Virus record (IMG/VR): IMGVR_UViG_3300029955_000003
Source: an uncultured virus (IMG/VR IMGVR_UViG_3300029955_000003)
Taxonomy: Duplodnaviria; Heunggongvirae; Uroviricota; Caudoviricetes
Direction: 5' to 3' (one strand)
Length of the DNA: 64,000 nt
Shown here: in pieces, positions 38,157-48,577 of the stretch
Position numbering within the stretch: position 1 is the stretch's first letter
Layout: each line of letters opens with the position of its first letter
Position numbers and translations under genes: made by a program
Notes under the pieces: model-generated
Database searches by the model: none
What the model was told of the DNA's origin: nothing
The model's input: only the letters and a program-made list of their open reading frames with translations

Positions 38157-39971
38157 ATGGAATATTATACCTCTACAGCGGGATACACCGTTTGTGACCT
38201 AGAAGAAGACCAAAAAATCAAACCGGAAGGTATCAAATGGGAATTTTCTCAGTTTGATTTTTTGGAAATTAAGAGATGTCGGGAAGACATTGTTTATTTT
38301 GCAGAGACATACGTCTACGTCGAAAGTAAATTTCAAGGCGCTGTTAAAATCCGCCTTTTTGACTATCAGAAACATATGCTGCGCTGCTGGCAAGATAATA
38401 AGCTATCAATTGCTATGTTGCCCCGCCAGAGCGGCAAAACCCAGTTAGCCTCGATATTCATATTATGGTGGGCATGTTTCAAAAAGAACCAAAAAATTCT
38501 TATTGCGTCGAAGGATCAAGACGGCGCTGATGAAATCATGGATCGTATGTGGTATGCGTATGAGGAATTGCCGTGGTTTATCAAACCGGGCGTTCGTAAA
38601 AACGATGTTAAAACCAAAACATTTGAAAATCGTTCACGCATAAAATCAACAGCTACTACACCCACATCAGGACGTGGTAAAAGTAATAACTTAATTTATC
38701 TGGACGAATTTTCTTTCGTTAGACCTTCCGTAGCTGAACCATTTTGGACATCAATCTTCCCAACCATCAGTGGTCTTGGACATTGTATAATAACATCAAC
38801 TCCTAATACCGATGAGGATAAGTTTGCGAAGATATGGTTTAACGCCAAACCTTATAAAGATAGCATAATATGGCGGAACCAGTTCTTAAAAGAAGAAACA
38901 ATTGAAGTCGATAAAACGGAAACTCTGTATGAGACAGATGAGGTTAAAAAAGATTATTCGATAAAGAAGAAAAAAATAACCGTGGTTAATGAGGAAGATT
39001 CTGCCGCACTAACATTTGTTTCTTTTTATTCTCCTTGGACCAGAGTGCCAACAAAGCTAGACCCCATCACTGGTGAAGTTATTAGTTATCAGGGCGAAGC
39101 TTTCAAGGATATGAATTTTGCTGCTGGTATTGATGATACTAAATGGCAAGCGGAATATGAGTGTCAGTTCATAACGACTGATAACACACTTATATCCGGT
39201 CAGAAATTAGCAACTTTGAATTATTTTACCAGAGTTCCTAAATTTATTGATAAATGGGGTTGCCGTTGGTATGAAAAAATTCAACCCAATACAACCTATG
39301 GAGTGGTGATGGACCCTTCGGGTGATGGTGTGGGTGATGATGCGGCGATTCAAGTGTGGGAAATGCCAACATTAAAGCAAGTTGCGGAATGGAACACAAA
39401 TACGGCGGATCAAAATGAACAAGCCCGTATGTTAAAGAGAGTGTTACAGCGTTTATATTATAAACAGCAAGAAAATCCTGATCATGATGGAAGCTGCAAC
39501 ATTTATTTCTCGGTCGAACGAAATGCAATCGGTATTGGTATTATAAGACTGATCGAAATGATGGACGAACGAACATTCCCCGGCATATTCATCGATGCGA
39601 CTATTGTCTCGACAACTGCTAGAGGGCAAAAAATGGGTCCGGTTCCGTGGAATCGCCATAGAGGATTGGTGACGACTCCTGCTACTAAAAAACGCTTTGC
39701 TCAAGATTTAAAATCATTGATTGAAAGAAATCTTTTCACTGTCCGATCTGAATTTTTAGCGTCTCAATTAAAAACATTTATCAAATATGGTCCTACGTAT
39801 AAAGCGAAAGAAGGTAGTAAGGACGATTTGGTTATGAGCGCGATTCTCATGGTACACTTACTTGAAGAATTACGTAATCTTGAGGATGATTTGGATGATT
39901 ATATCAGCCCGATTATTGAAGACGATTACCCTGTTGAGGATGATGATATTTTTCTTCCGCAAATGGTTTAA
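38157..39971 (+). CDS. gp17: terminase large subunit (gp17-like)
   Basis: LFDYQ, PRQSGKT Walker A, IYLDEF Walker B, ITSTPN, DPSG..GDD, VERN, DDLVMS. Confidence 0.96.
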   Translation: MEYYTSTAGYTVCDLEEDQKIKPEGIKWEFSQFDFLEIKRCREDIVYFAETYVYVESKFQGAVKIRLFDYQKHMLRCWQDNKLSIAMLPRQSGKTQLASIFILWWACFKKNQKILIASKDQDGADEIMDRMWYAYEELPWFIKPGVRKNDVKTKTFENRSRIKSTATTPTSGRGKSNNLIYLDEFSFVRPSVAEPFWTSIFPTISGLGHCIITSTPNTDEDKFAKIWFNAKPYKDSIIWRNQFLKEETIEVDKTETLYETDEVKKDYSIKKKKITVVNEEDSAALTFVSFYSPWTRVPTKLDPITGEVISYQGEAFKDMNFAAGIDDTKWQAEYECQFITTDNTLISGQKLATLNYFTRVPKFIDKWGCRWYEKIQPNTTYGVVMDPSGDGVGDDAAIQVWEMPTLKQVAEWNTNTADQNEQARMLKRVLQRLYYKQQENPDHDGSCNIYFSVERNAIGIGIIRLIEMMDERTFPGIFIDATIVSTTARGQKMGPVPWNRHRGLVTTPATKKRFAQDLKSLIERNLFTVRSEFLASQLKTFIKYGPTYKAKEGSKDDLVMSAILMVHLLEELRNLEDDLDDYISPIIEDDYPVEDDDIFLPQMV

Positions 39972-40010
39972 TCCCCTTGACCGTTTTTAATGGCGATCTA
40001 TATCAAAATT

Positions 40011-40817
40011 ATGAGTAACGTTCGCAGACATAAAAATCCTCCAATTACCGTCAACCTTGATAATATATCAAGTTCTGGCTCGGCTCTTTTTAAGAAGACC
40101 GAACAGACAGAATTGGAGGAAGCTAAGGCTATATTACAGGAGCCAGAAACTGCGGATATTGCTTTGCCGCCCTCTACAGAAATTGATTTCAATTCCTTTA
40201 GAAAGACGGTATTGAATAGAAATCTTGAAGAAAATGATGGGAAACTTCAAGAGGAAGAAAATCTACAGAAAGAAGGTGATTTAATTATCGACACCCCATC
40301 TGTCACTACGGCACCATCAGCACCAGCGGTATTAAAACCATATATGATGGCTGATGGTGCCGTTCCTACAATACAATTAAACGTAAAATATATGGATCAT
40401 TATAAGGGTCTTCCCCCGCTTGAATATAAAAGCGATGGAGCCGTTGGATTTGATCTATATGCAGCAAACTTTGAACCGATTTACCTAAATAAACAAGGAA
40501 GCATAGAAATGATACCGACAGGTATCAGTATCGAACTTCCGCCCGGCTTTGAAGCTCAGGTAAGATCACGGTCTAGTTTGGCTGCAAAGTTTGGTATAGC
40601 TGTTGTAAATTCTCCCGGAACAATCGATTGGGATTATAGGGGAGAAATATTTGCAGCCTTGATTAATTTAGTCGGTAAACGATTTGTTATTGAAAGAGGT
40701 ATGCGAATTGCACAGGTAGTTATACCCGCACCTATTGTTCGTGCAACATTTGTTGATGTTGCGTCCTTAACGGAAACGGAAAGAGGGAGTGGGGGTTTCG
40801 GGTCTACCGGTCGTTGA
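40011..40817 (+). CDS. dut: dUTPase with N-terminal extension
   Basis: GAVGFDL, QVRSRSSLA, GTIDWDYRGE, RIAQ, RGSGGFGSTG. Confidence 0.93.
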   Translation: MSNVRRHKNPPITVNLDNISSSGSALFKKTEQTELEEAKAILQEPETADIALPPSTEIDFNSFRKTVLNRNLEENDGKLQEEENLQKEGDLIIDTPSVTTAPSAPAVLKPYMMADGAVPTIQLNVKYMDHYKGLPPLEYKSDGAVGFDLYAANFEPIYLNKQGSIEMIPTGISIELPPGFEAQVRSRSSLAAKFGIAVVNSPGTIDWDYRGEIFAALINLVGKRFVIERGMRIAQVVIPAPIVRATFVDVASLTETERGSGGFGSTGR

Positions 40818-40870
40818 TAAACTTGTTGTTATAAACATAAAATAAAACCCGATATATAAACTTGTTGTTA
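40817..40870 (+). repeat. 15-nt direct repeat in SSB leader
   Basis: ATAAACTTGTTGTTA at 40817-40831 and 40856-40870. Confidence 0.85.
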
Positions 40871-40883
40871 GAAAGAAATTAAA

Positions 40884-42026
40884 ATGGTTATTGATGTAAG
40901 AAAATATCGTGAAGAAACTGCTAAGAAGACTACCTTTGTTAAAGACAATTCGGTTTTCCCCTTTTGGAACCTGAAAAAAGGTAAGAATGCTGAAATCCAG
41001 CTTATTCCGTGGTTAGACCCGGTTACTCATAAATTTTTTACTGTTAAGAAACTGGTTCCAATGAAGTTCGTTGATCCAGAAGACGATTCCGCATTTGTGT
41101 ATGTCAATGCTCCGACTATCGAAATGTATGAACTTAATGTTAAGTGTGGAACTCTTAATCCTGTTCGCGCCCTTTATAAGGAAGCGGAGGTTCTTTCAAA
41201 GAGTGGTCAATCCAAGCAAGGCGAGATAGTTAAAAAGATTGCTGGTGAGCATTGGATTAAGCCTACTTATTATTATCAGGGGTTTGTTAACAAGTCTGAC
41301 TTTAGAGAAGATGAGGAAAACATTCCTGAGAATCCGATCAGAGTTTTCCCGTTTAAGAAACAGGCTCATACACCAATTGAAACCGCCCTCGAAAAGGGAG
41401 ATTATGGTGATAGCACTCCTATGGGTTCGTATGAAGTGGAAGATATCAAGGCATATTTTGATGGAAGCTTTCCTGCGGACATGATGAGCGCTTTCGACTG
41501 TGCAGAATTTAGAATTTCTGTTACGGCACAAGGTGATTATAATAATTATTCATCTTCCCAGTTTCTTCCTAGAATGCATCGTATGCCTGATGAGCAACTA
41601 GCGTTGATTTTGGAATATGGTATGCATGACTTACGTGCAAGATTGCCGGAACGTCCGTCTGATGAACAGTTTGTGATTTATGCGGAAATGATGAAGGTAT
41701 CGCTTGATCGCGCCTTTGGTCGTGATGAAGGACGGTGGAACCCTGAATGGGAAGAAGCCGGAATTAAAGCTTGGCGTCCTGATACTGCTGCTTCCTCTGA
41801 GGAAAGCGATAGCCAACCAGCTATTGCTGAATCTGGTCGCGCAACCGTCTCTTCGGCGGGGGTGGAAAATATAATGAAGAACCGTACTACGGTAAAACCT
41901 GCGATAGTCCATGATGAAGATGGGGTGATTGATGAAGATCAACCAGCTACCACATCGGCTCCCAATGACGTGCGTTCGCGCGTTGCGGCATTGACTGCGA
42001 AACATAAAGCAGCCGCTGCTCGATAA
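40884..42026 (+). CDS. single-stranded DNA-binding protein (gp32-like)
   Basis: DNSVFPFWN, YYYQGFV, PENPIR, YNNYSSSQF, low-complexity acidic tail; precedes UvsX. Confidence 0.75.
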   Translation: MVIDVRKYREETAKKTTFVKDNSVFPFWNLKKGKNAEIQLIPWLDPVTHKFFTVKKLVPMKFVDPEDDSAFVYVNAPTIEMYELNVKCGTLNPVRALYKEAEVLSKSGQSKQGEIVKKIAGEHWIKPTYYYQGFVNKSDFREDEENIPENPIRVFPFKKQAHTPIETALEKGDYGDSTPMGSYEVEDIKAYFDGSFPADMMSAFDCAEFRISVTAQGDYNNYSSSQFLPRMHRMPDEQLALILEYGMHDLRARLPERPSDEQFVIYAEMMKVSLDRAFGRDEGRWNPEWEEAGIKAWRPDTAASSEESDSQPAIAESGRATVSSAGVENIMKNRTTVKPAIVHDEDGVIDEDQPATTSAPNDVRSRVAALTAKHKAAAAR

Positions 42027-42045
42027 AGATTTATAAAAATCAAAT

Positions 42046-42071
42046 CTCCCGGCATTAAATTGTGCCGGGAG
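42046..42071 (+). terminator. hairpin / terminator after SSB
   Basis: CTCCCGGCA-N8-TGCCGGGAG. Confidence 0.6.
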
Positions 42072-42102
42072 TATTCTTATATAAACTTAAAAGGGAAAAA
42101 AC

Positions 42103-43278
42103 ATGGCTAAAAAGGCTTCAGGATTTAAAGATAAATTACTAAAAACATTATCCACTATCAGCACCCCATCTTTTAGATTGGGGTTTTCGCATATCGATTT
42201 ATGGTGTAGTTGTAAAAACTTTGCTATGAATAGACTTTGGTCTGGACAATTCACTAAAGGACTTCTATTTGGACGTTCCTATATATTTTATGGTGAATCT
42301 GGTAGTGGTAAGTCGTTGATGGCGGCAATAACCGCCGCTGATGCACAACGCCAGCACGGCGCATATGTTATTTGGATGGACATAGAACATGCTACTGATG
42401 ACACCGAGGGGAAGAAGTGGCTTGCTAAAGCTGGTATGGATTTAGACAACCTACAATATATTTCCGCCGCGACGATTGAAGAAGTTAAGACTGTTATTGC
42501 AAAAACTGCAAAACAGTATCAAGAAGCTATTGATAATAACGAGGGCGACGATTTGCCTCCTATAGTATTTGTCGTAGATTCTTATGCTGCACTAATGACC
42601 GAATCGCAGTTTGATAAAATTGCTGGTAAGGATATCGGTAAAGTTGTGGGTGATATGGGTCAAAAAGCCAAACAGGTTGGCGATCTTATTATTTCTATAA
42701 CTCACTTAGTCGCCGGTAAAAAACTATTATGCGTCGGCGTTCAACACATAATGGATAACCAAGATGGTTACGGTCCTAAGCATAAAACTACCGGCGGTAA
42801 TAAACTCGTTTATATGGCTTCTGGCTGTCTTATGCTAACTAAAAAACAGTTAAAATTAGATGATCTTGATAATAAGGATAATAAAAAAGCTATTGAAAGC
42901 AAGCGTGGTGACATGAGCAAAGACGTGTTAAAGCGTTCTTCTGATGTTGTGGGCATTCAGTGTACCATGGAAATTATCAAGTCACGGGTGTCTAAACCAT
43001 TCGAAAGAGTTGATATTCAAATTCCTTATGGAACAGGATTAGACCCTTACTCTGGACTATTTGAAGTCTTGATGCAAGAAGGTGTTTTCAAGGTAAGCTC
43101 GCAAGGCTGGTATGAATACACTGATCCAACTAAAAATGGAGAAATTGTTAAGTTTCAAAAGGGTAATTTCATGGCTCATGCTGATCATCTTATGGAAATT
43201 GCTGATGCAGACATTGGTAGTGGGGCGGAAGCACCAATTTCATCAACCTTAGCAGAAATAGCAGAGGAATTAGAATAA
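42103..43278 (+). CDS. uvsX: RecA-like recombinase
   Basis: GESGSGKS, VFVVDS, GDMG, GG..LVYMAS, KSR..KPF, IPYGTGLDPYSGL. Confidence 0.92.
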   Translation: MAKKASGFKDKLLKTLSTISTPSFRLGFSHIDLWCSCKNFAMNRLWSGQFTKGLLFGRSYIFYGESGSGKSLMAAITAADAQRQHGAYVIWMDIEHATDDTEGKKWLAKAGMDLDNLQYISAATIEEVKTVIAKTAKQYQEAIDNNEGDDLPPIVFVVDSYAALMTESQFDKIAGKDIGKVVGDMGQKAKQVGDLIISITHLVAGKKLLCVGVQHIMDNQDGYGPKHKTTGGNKLVYMASGCLMLTKKQLKLDDLDNKDNKKAIESKRGDMSKDVLKRSSDVVGIQCTMEIIKSRVSKPFERVDIQIPYGTGLDPYSGLFEVLMQEGVFKVSSQGWYEYTDPTKNGEIVKFQKGNFMAHADHLMEIADADIGSGAEAPISSTLAEIAEELE

Positions 43279-43868
43279 TGGTAATATCTGTATCAAAGAT
43301 AAGAGAAAATGCTAGAACGGGGGCTAACGCCCCTATTCAAGCTACCACGTCCCCCGCTCCCCCGCCTAAAGCAGAAATCAGAGGCGAGGGATGGTTTGAA
43401 GCTGTTAAGAATGATATGAAGATTGCCCCACAGGCAATTGAATATTATAAAACGGTGTTACAGGATAGTAAGAAACATATCAGCCTCATCGGGGCTTTGG
43501 AGACACTTCTATTAGAAACTCCCGGTCTAGCGCACTGGTACCGTCAAATAACAATTGACGCCCAAATGCTAGAGCGGCTGTTTATTGATAGGAAGGAATC
43601 TCTTACTAAAAAGAAATACCATGAGTATGCCGCCGATCCGAAATTTGAAGGAATGAAAACAACAGAGCTTCAAAAATTGGCGGCGTCAGATGAACAAGTG
43701 TTGGTGCTTGAAGAATGGACAAGATTATTTGAATATTATAAAAAATCTTTAGATAATGTTTGTCAGTTTTTTGAGGACCGAAAATATACTCTAAACAACA
43801 TTAAAGACATAAGAGTTAATAAGTTAGAAGAAGTATGGATTGATTCTTCGAAAGAAACGCATATCTAA
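43278..43868 (+). CDS. recombination mediator (UvsY-like)
   Basis: Helical protein between UvsX and UvsW. Confidence 0.55.
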   Translation: MVISVSKIRENARTGANAPIQATTSPAPPPKAEIRGEGWFEAVKNDMKIAPQAIEYYKTVLQDSKKHISLIGALETLLLETPGLAHWYRQITIDAQMLERLFIDRKESLTKKKYHEYAADPKFEGMKTTELQKLAASDEQVLVLEEWTRLFEYYKKSLDNVCQFFEDRKYTLNNIKDIRVNKLEEVWIDSSKETHI

Positions 43869-43874
43869 CTCATA

Positions 43875-45347
43875 ATGAGTAAAATTGCGTTAATTGAAAT
43901 TAAAGATGAAGTTAATATCCGTATAAAAAATGTAGATCAAAATACATTAAAAGAAGCGGCGAATCTTCTCACCTTCTATGTTCCAAATTATATGTTTACA
44001 CCAACGTATAGAATGGGACGATGGGATGGGAAGATTCGTTTGTTATCTATGACGGGTAAAACTTGTCTTAATCTGTTGCCAGATATCTTCCACGTTTTTG
44101 AAAATAGTGGATATACCTTTGATGTTGATGATCAGAGAAGAGATTTTTCCCACGTAGTAATCGATTTACCCACCGCCGATATGTTCTCTCAATATGAGAT
44201 TAAGGGCGAGTCTGTCATACTGAGAGACTATCAAATTAATGGAGCCACATTAGCCCTTACAGAGGGTAAGGGTCTATTAGAGATGAGTGTGGGTTCTGGT
44301 AAGACCTTAACGTGTGCAGCTATGGCTAAATGTTTAATGCCCCATGGAAATGTTATATTTATTGTGCCTAATATTGATCTTGTTATACAGACCCAATTTG
44401 TATTTAAACAGGTCGGAATCGATACTGGCATTTGGTATGGAGAAGCTAAGGACCGGCGTCATGTCACGATATCTACATGGCAATCCCTTGAAGGACATCC
44501 TGAATTATTTTCGGACGTTATAGGATTTGTCCTAGATGAAGCCCATCTAGGAACAGGCAAGACGATCAGCACTATTTTAAATGGTCCCGGTGCAAATGTT
44601 CCCTTCCGTATCGGATGTACTGGTACAGTGCCAAAAGAAGATATTTTTCGATATCAGTTATTGGCTTCTATTGGTCCAATCCTCTTCACTCTTGCGACGT
44701 GGGAATTGCAAAAAAGAGGTATACTGGCAAATGCGCTTATTCATCAGATTGTTTTAAAAGACACCAAGAACCCAAGATACCGGAAATATATAACTGAAAA
44801 GCGCCTAAATGATCAAGGCGATGAGGTTATCGGGTTTGAAGATTGGAATGAACAAGTTAACTTCTTGTATTCTGATCAGAAGAGACTTCAATATATTGCC
44901 AATGAAATACAAAGAGTATCATTAGACGGTAATACCTTGGTGTTAGTACAGTTTAGAGAAATGGGTAAAAAATTAGAAGAATTAATACCCAATGCAGTGT
45001 CGATTGATGGTAGGGATAAAACAGAATTTAGGAAAGAAGAATATGATAAGTTTGCCAACACGGACGGTAACATATTAATTGCCACTATGGGAATTGCGTC
45101 CACAGGATTGGATATTCCTAGAATATTTCATTTGTTTGTCCTTGAACCGGGTAAGAAATTTCATAAAATAATTCAGGCTCTTGGACGTGGAGTCAGAAAA
45201 GCAAGTGACAAAGACTTTATCGATATGTATGATCTTTATGGTGATGACGGCTTTTCAAAAAAACACGGAAAAGAACGATATAAGCATTTTAAAGATGCTA
45301 GACAAACAGTTGAAGTATTGGATGTAGATTATGTTGATATTGAATGA
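43875..45347 (+). CDS. uvsW: SF2 DNA helicase
   Basis: GRWDGKIR, LRDYQ, GSGKT, DEAH, CTGT, STGLDIP, QALGRGVR. Confidence 0.93.
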   Translation: MSKIALIEIKDEVNIRIKNVDQNTLKEAANLLTFYVPNYMFTPTYRMGRWDGKIRLLSMTGKTCLNLLPDIFHVFENSGYTFDVDDQRRDFSHVVIDLPTADMFSQYEIKGESVILRDYQINGATLALTEGKGLLEMSVGSGKTLTCAAMAKCLMPHGNVIFIVPNIDLVIQTQFVFKQVGIDTGIWYGEAKDRRHVTISTWQSLEGHPELFSDVIGFVLDEAHLGTGKTISTILNGPGANVPFRIGCTGTVPKEDIFRYQLLASIGPILFTLATWELQKRGILANALIHQIVLKDTKNPRYRKYITEKRLNDQGDEVIGFEDWNEQVNFLYSDQKRLQYIANEIQRVSLDGNTLVLVQFREMGKKLEELIPNAVSIDGRDKTEFRKEEYDKFANTDGNILIATMGIASTGLDIPRIFHLFVLEPGKKFHKIIQALGRGVRKASDKDFIDMYDLYGDDGFSKKHGKERYKHFKDARQTVEVLDVDYVDIE

Positions 45348-45840
45348 AGAAAATAAAGTTTTAGATACTGACATCATTAATGAAGAATGTTATTATTCTG
45401 TCTTATCATTTAAAGATTATCGTCAGCCTGACGTTTACTTTCAAAAATTAACTGAGATTGAAGTTTTTGAAAGCGCCAGTTTGGAGATTGAAATAGGTCC
45501 ATTTAAAACAGTGGTTCCTTATCACTGGTCGATAATGGTTAGTGATCATGAATATGTGGAAATGATGCCGATTGCTGATACGAGCGGACGGTCGATTTTG
45601 GCATTTTGTATTAATCCGATTGATGGTTTTTTACCACAATACTATCCGATTAGAATTAATAATATTTTTCCGATCAATCCTTGGAGTTGTCCACCCATAA
45701 AAGAAAAGGATTTGATCCTTTTACCATTAGGTGTTGTAAAGAAACCTAATGAAACTAAGGATAAGGGTCCTATATGTGTTATCATGACGCCACATAAACT
45801 AGACGTGACGCGTCCTATAGGAGATATTTGGGGTGTCTAA
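45331..45840 (+). CDS. conserved hypothetical protein
   Basis: 169-aa ORF overlapping the end of uvsW. Confidence 0.7.
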   Translation: MLILNEENKVLDTDIINEECYYSVLSFKDYRQPDVYFQKLTEIEVFESASLEIEIGPFKTVVPYHWSIMVSDHEYVEMMPIADTSGRSILAFCINPIDGFLPQYYPIRINNIFPINPWSCPPIKEKDLILLPLGVVKKPNETKDKGPICVIMTPHKLDVTRPIGDIWGV

Positions 45841-46321
45841 CATTGATTTGTTTCAGGTGCTGAAGTACCTTGATACGAACGAATTGGCTCTATATGAGTC
45901 GTTCGCTGATGATCCTGATTTGAAGGAAGAATATGATAAGTTAATATCATTCGTATTACCGGTGTGGTTTACGGGGCATTTTAATAATGAGAACCATATA
46001 ATCGCCACTGTCAAGTTTAATGATATCGTAAATCAAGCATGGTTTTATCTGGCTGATCATCCTATGTTACAAACAAAGCTGTTGGCGGTCGCCGGAATTG
46101 GGCGTAGTAGCAAGCATGTTTTTTACAATAAGAAAAGCAGGACTGTTGATAAATTAAGAATCGACGTGTTCTCGCAAATAGAACCAGATATTAACAATGA
46201 AGAGGTATTTACGTGGTGCAAAAGATTGAATGTCAAGGAATTTCAGCAGGTGTTAGACCGTTTGGGTTTTCAACAGAAAGAACAGAAGGTATACACAAAA
46301 CTATTCTCGGAAATGGTATGA
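45833..46321 (+). CDS. clamp-loader small subunit-like (gp62-like)
   Basis: HPMLQTKLL..AGIG...H motif, size and context. Confidence 0.45.
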   Translation: MSNIDLFQVLKYLDTNELALYESFADDPDLKEEYDKLISFVLPVWFTGHFNNENHIIATVKFNDIVNQAWFYLADHPMLQTKLLAVAGIGRSSKHVFYNKKSRTVDKLRIDVFSQIEPDINNEEVFTWCKRLNVKEFQQVLDRLGFQQKEQKVYTKLFSEMV

Positions 46322-47022
46322 CTTCAACACTACCAAAGGTTTTCAAATGTCAGTTTTGTAATAAATCATATGACAGAGAAAACTGGTTCAAAAAGCATAA
46401 GTGTAAGAAATCAAAAGTATTTTGGGAAGCCAGCGAAGATATCCTTATAAATTCATATAACTTGTTCGTTTATTGGCAAGCTCGGAACGGCTTTACCAAG
46501 CGTGGTAAAAATAAGACATTTGAAGAATTTCATAATTCATGGTTCTTTCAGATTTTCAAAGACCTGAATGAATATCTCGATAAAAAGAAGATTACTAATG
46601 GACAACGGTATGTTGATTGGTTAATTGAAGCCAGTATAAAAGAAAAGGATTGGAAAAATCCCAAAAACTTAAATGCGTTTAGACAATTTCTTATATTAGT
46701 CGAAACTCCCAAGGAACAAGCCCATAGCACAAGAGCTTTTATAAAGAACTATTGTGAAAAGAATGAGATTGATCCTAATGATTTTTTCACGTCCATAACT
46801 CATGGACAGTTGACAGAAATGATCAAAAGCTATAATATACGTCCGTGGGTTGTATTTTCTGTATCGATCATATTGAATATGATTGGAGACGCTGATTTTC
46901 CAGTGAATTTACTAGAAGACATTGATTCTGTCTACAGTTTCGATGTTTGGGAAAAGAAGATAGAAGCAAATCCAAATTTTAGCCGTGAAGTCGAGAGAAT
47001 GATTTTAGAAAGATATGAGTGA
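46318..47022 (+). CDS. hypothetical protein with N-terminal zinc finger
   Basis: FKCQFCNKSY...KHKC; likely start MTSTLP overlapping the upstream stop. Confidence 0.7.
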   Translation: MTSTLPKVFKCQFCNKSYDRENWFKKHKCKKSKVFWEASEDILINSYNLFVYWQARNGFTKRGKNKTFEEFHNSWFFQIFKDLNEYLDKKKITNGQRYVDWLIEASIKEKDWKNPKNLNAFRQFLILVETPKEQAHSTRAFIKNYCEKNEIDPNDFFTSITHGQLTEMIKSYNIRPWVVFSVSIILNMIGDADFPVNLLEDIDSVYSFDVWEKKIEANPNFSREVERMILERYE

Positions 47023-47647
47023 CATAGTACATATCCCAGATATCGATATTGATGTTAAAGACCGCGGGGGAAGCCTTGCGGTCTTATCAGAATATATAGA
47101 CTTTCGCTGTGCTTCCCAAATAGACAACAAACAACAATTAGTTAAACACAATACTGGAATATATTTACAAGATATTCCTAATGATCCGTTAAGTGGATTG
47201 GCAGTATTTCCGTATGAAACTGCCGAGGATTTAGGATATTATAAACTAGATTTGATTCCATATCATATATATATTGATATAACCAGTGAGGAACATCTTA
47301 AATTATTAATAGAAGTTGCCGAAGATGAAGAGAATTTTCCGTGGGAGATTTTCTTAGAAGAACGGTTTTATAATAATGAAAATCATGAATTGCAATTGAC
47401 ACAACTAGCAAGGCATTATTCTCTGTGCAAAAGATATCCCCCAAAGTCTATTTCAGACATTGCGATATTGAATGCATTAATTCGTCCGAGGAAACGGCAT
47501 CTGATTGGTAAGCCTTTTGCCCAAATTAAAGAATTAGTATGGGAAAAAATTGATGGTGAGACTGGATACTTTTTCAAGAAGAGTCACGCCATAGCATTTG
47601 CGCTGGCGATTATGGTGCATATTCAATTATTAAATCATAAAGTTTGA
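47015..47647 (+). CDS. minimal DnaE (Pol III alpha)-like catalytic-core protein
   Basis: PDIDID, KHNTGIY, GYYKLDL, ALIRP, YFFKKSHAIAFA. Confidence 0.8.
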   Translation: MSDIVHIPDIDIDVKDRGGSLAVLSEYIDFRCASQIDNKQQLVKHNTGIYLQDIPNDPLSGLAVFPYETAEDLGYYKLDLIPYHIYIDITSEEHLKLLIEVAEDEENFPWEIFLEERFYNNENHELQLTQLARHYSLCKRYPPKSISDIAILNALIRPRKRHLIGKPFAQIKELVWEKIDGETGYFFKKSHAIAFALAIMVHIQLLNHKV

Positions 47648-48045
47648 GTTGGTGGTTTAGCACGATTAACCAGATCGATCCGTTTCTTTTTTGGGCGTTT
47701 TAGATACAAATTATTCAGGGAAAAAATAGGTCCAATTGGGTCTTTGACGAATGACTTTTTGGTATATCCTACTAAGGTATAAGAAAACTCATCAAATTCT
47801 CTGCCGATAAACATATTGATAGGAACCATTTGGCTTGATTGCCACCACCAACGTTCCGCAAGCGCGAGAAATCTAACACGCGCTTTCTCATCTTTGATCT
47901 TGAGAAAGTCATATACCATGATTACTTTAGTAGCCTCGTTTTGAACTACACCACAAGTCATCATATCATTGTTAAAAAATAAAAAGGTAATGAACTCATA
48001 TTTTGTTCTTACTTTTTCCATTAGTTCTTCATTATTTTTAATCAT
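47635..48045 (-). CDS. conserved hypothetical protein
   Basis: 136 aa, ERWWWQS..VPINMFI; TAAATA 6 nt upstream. Confidence 0.7.
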   Translation of the reverse strand: MIKNNEELMEKVRTKYEFITFLFFNNDMMTCGVVQNEATKVIMVYDFLKIKDEKARVRFLALAERWWWQSSQMVPINMFIGREFDEFSYTLVGYTKKSFVKDPIGPIFSLNNLYLKRPKKKRIDLVNRAKPPTQTL

Positions 48046-48085
48046 TGCAATTATTTACATTGTAAGAAATGTAAATTTGATACTT

Positions 48086-48562
48086 TTAAAGTAATCTATT
48101 TGCAGATGGTAGACCGGAAGTGTTATCAAGAACGATATTACCAACTCGTTCGCCGCCTTGCGCGACTTCTAATGGTATGACATTGCTATGAACGTCAATA
48201 AGATATAACGCCCAACGCAGTGCGCCACCGCTGTTAATTAAACCTAATGTATCAGTATTAGTTAGGAGCAATTCAAATTTACCAGAATAAGGATCGTTAC
48301 ATAACAATGGTTTTCTGAGAATTATTGTTGAGTCTTCTTCTAATTTAATGTTATTAAAATAGTCTTTGGAAAAAATCACAAAAAGGATTTTGAATGGAGC
48401 CAAGTTAAGTGGTACTCCATCAGTATTACAGGCATAAAATTCTATACATTCAGTAATTCCGGGAGTAATTTTGATATCACCTGTCAGATGCCGGTTTTGT
48501 CTCCCCGGCATCTGTAAGTTTACTCTCGGTATATTATATTGAATATTCAGATTAGCGCTCAT
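48086..48562 (-). CDS. hypothetical late protein (possible virion component)
   Basis: 158 aa beta-rich; TAAATA 6 nt upstream. Confidence 0.6.
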   Translation of the reverse strand: MSANLNIQYNIPRVNLQMPGRQNRHLTGDIKITPGITECIEFYACNTDGVPLNLAPFKILFVIFSKDYFNNIKLEEDSTIILRKPLLCNDPYSGKFELLLTNTDTLGLINSGGALRWALYLIDVHSNVIPLEVAQGGERVGNIVLDNTSGLPSANRLL

Positions 48563-48577
48563 TAAAGCTATTTATCA

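Noticed and set aside
38840..39020. Possible intein or intron in the large terminase
   Set aside because: It is a short charged insertion with no Cys/His-Asn splice motifs or endonuclease domain, and the frame is uninterrupted.
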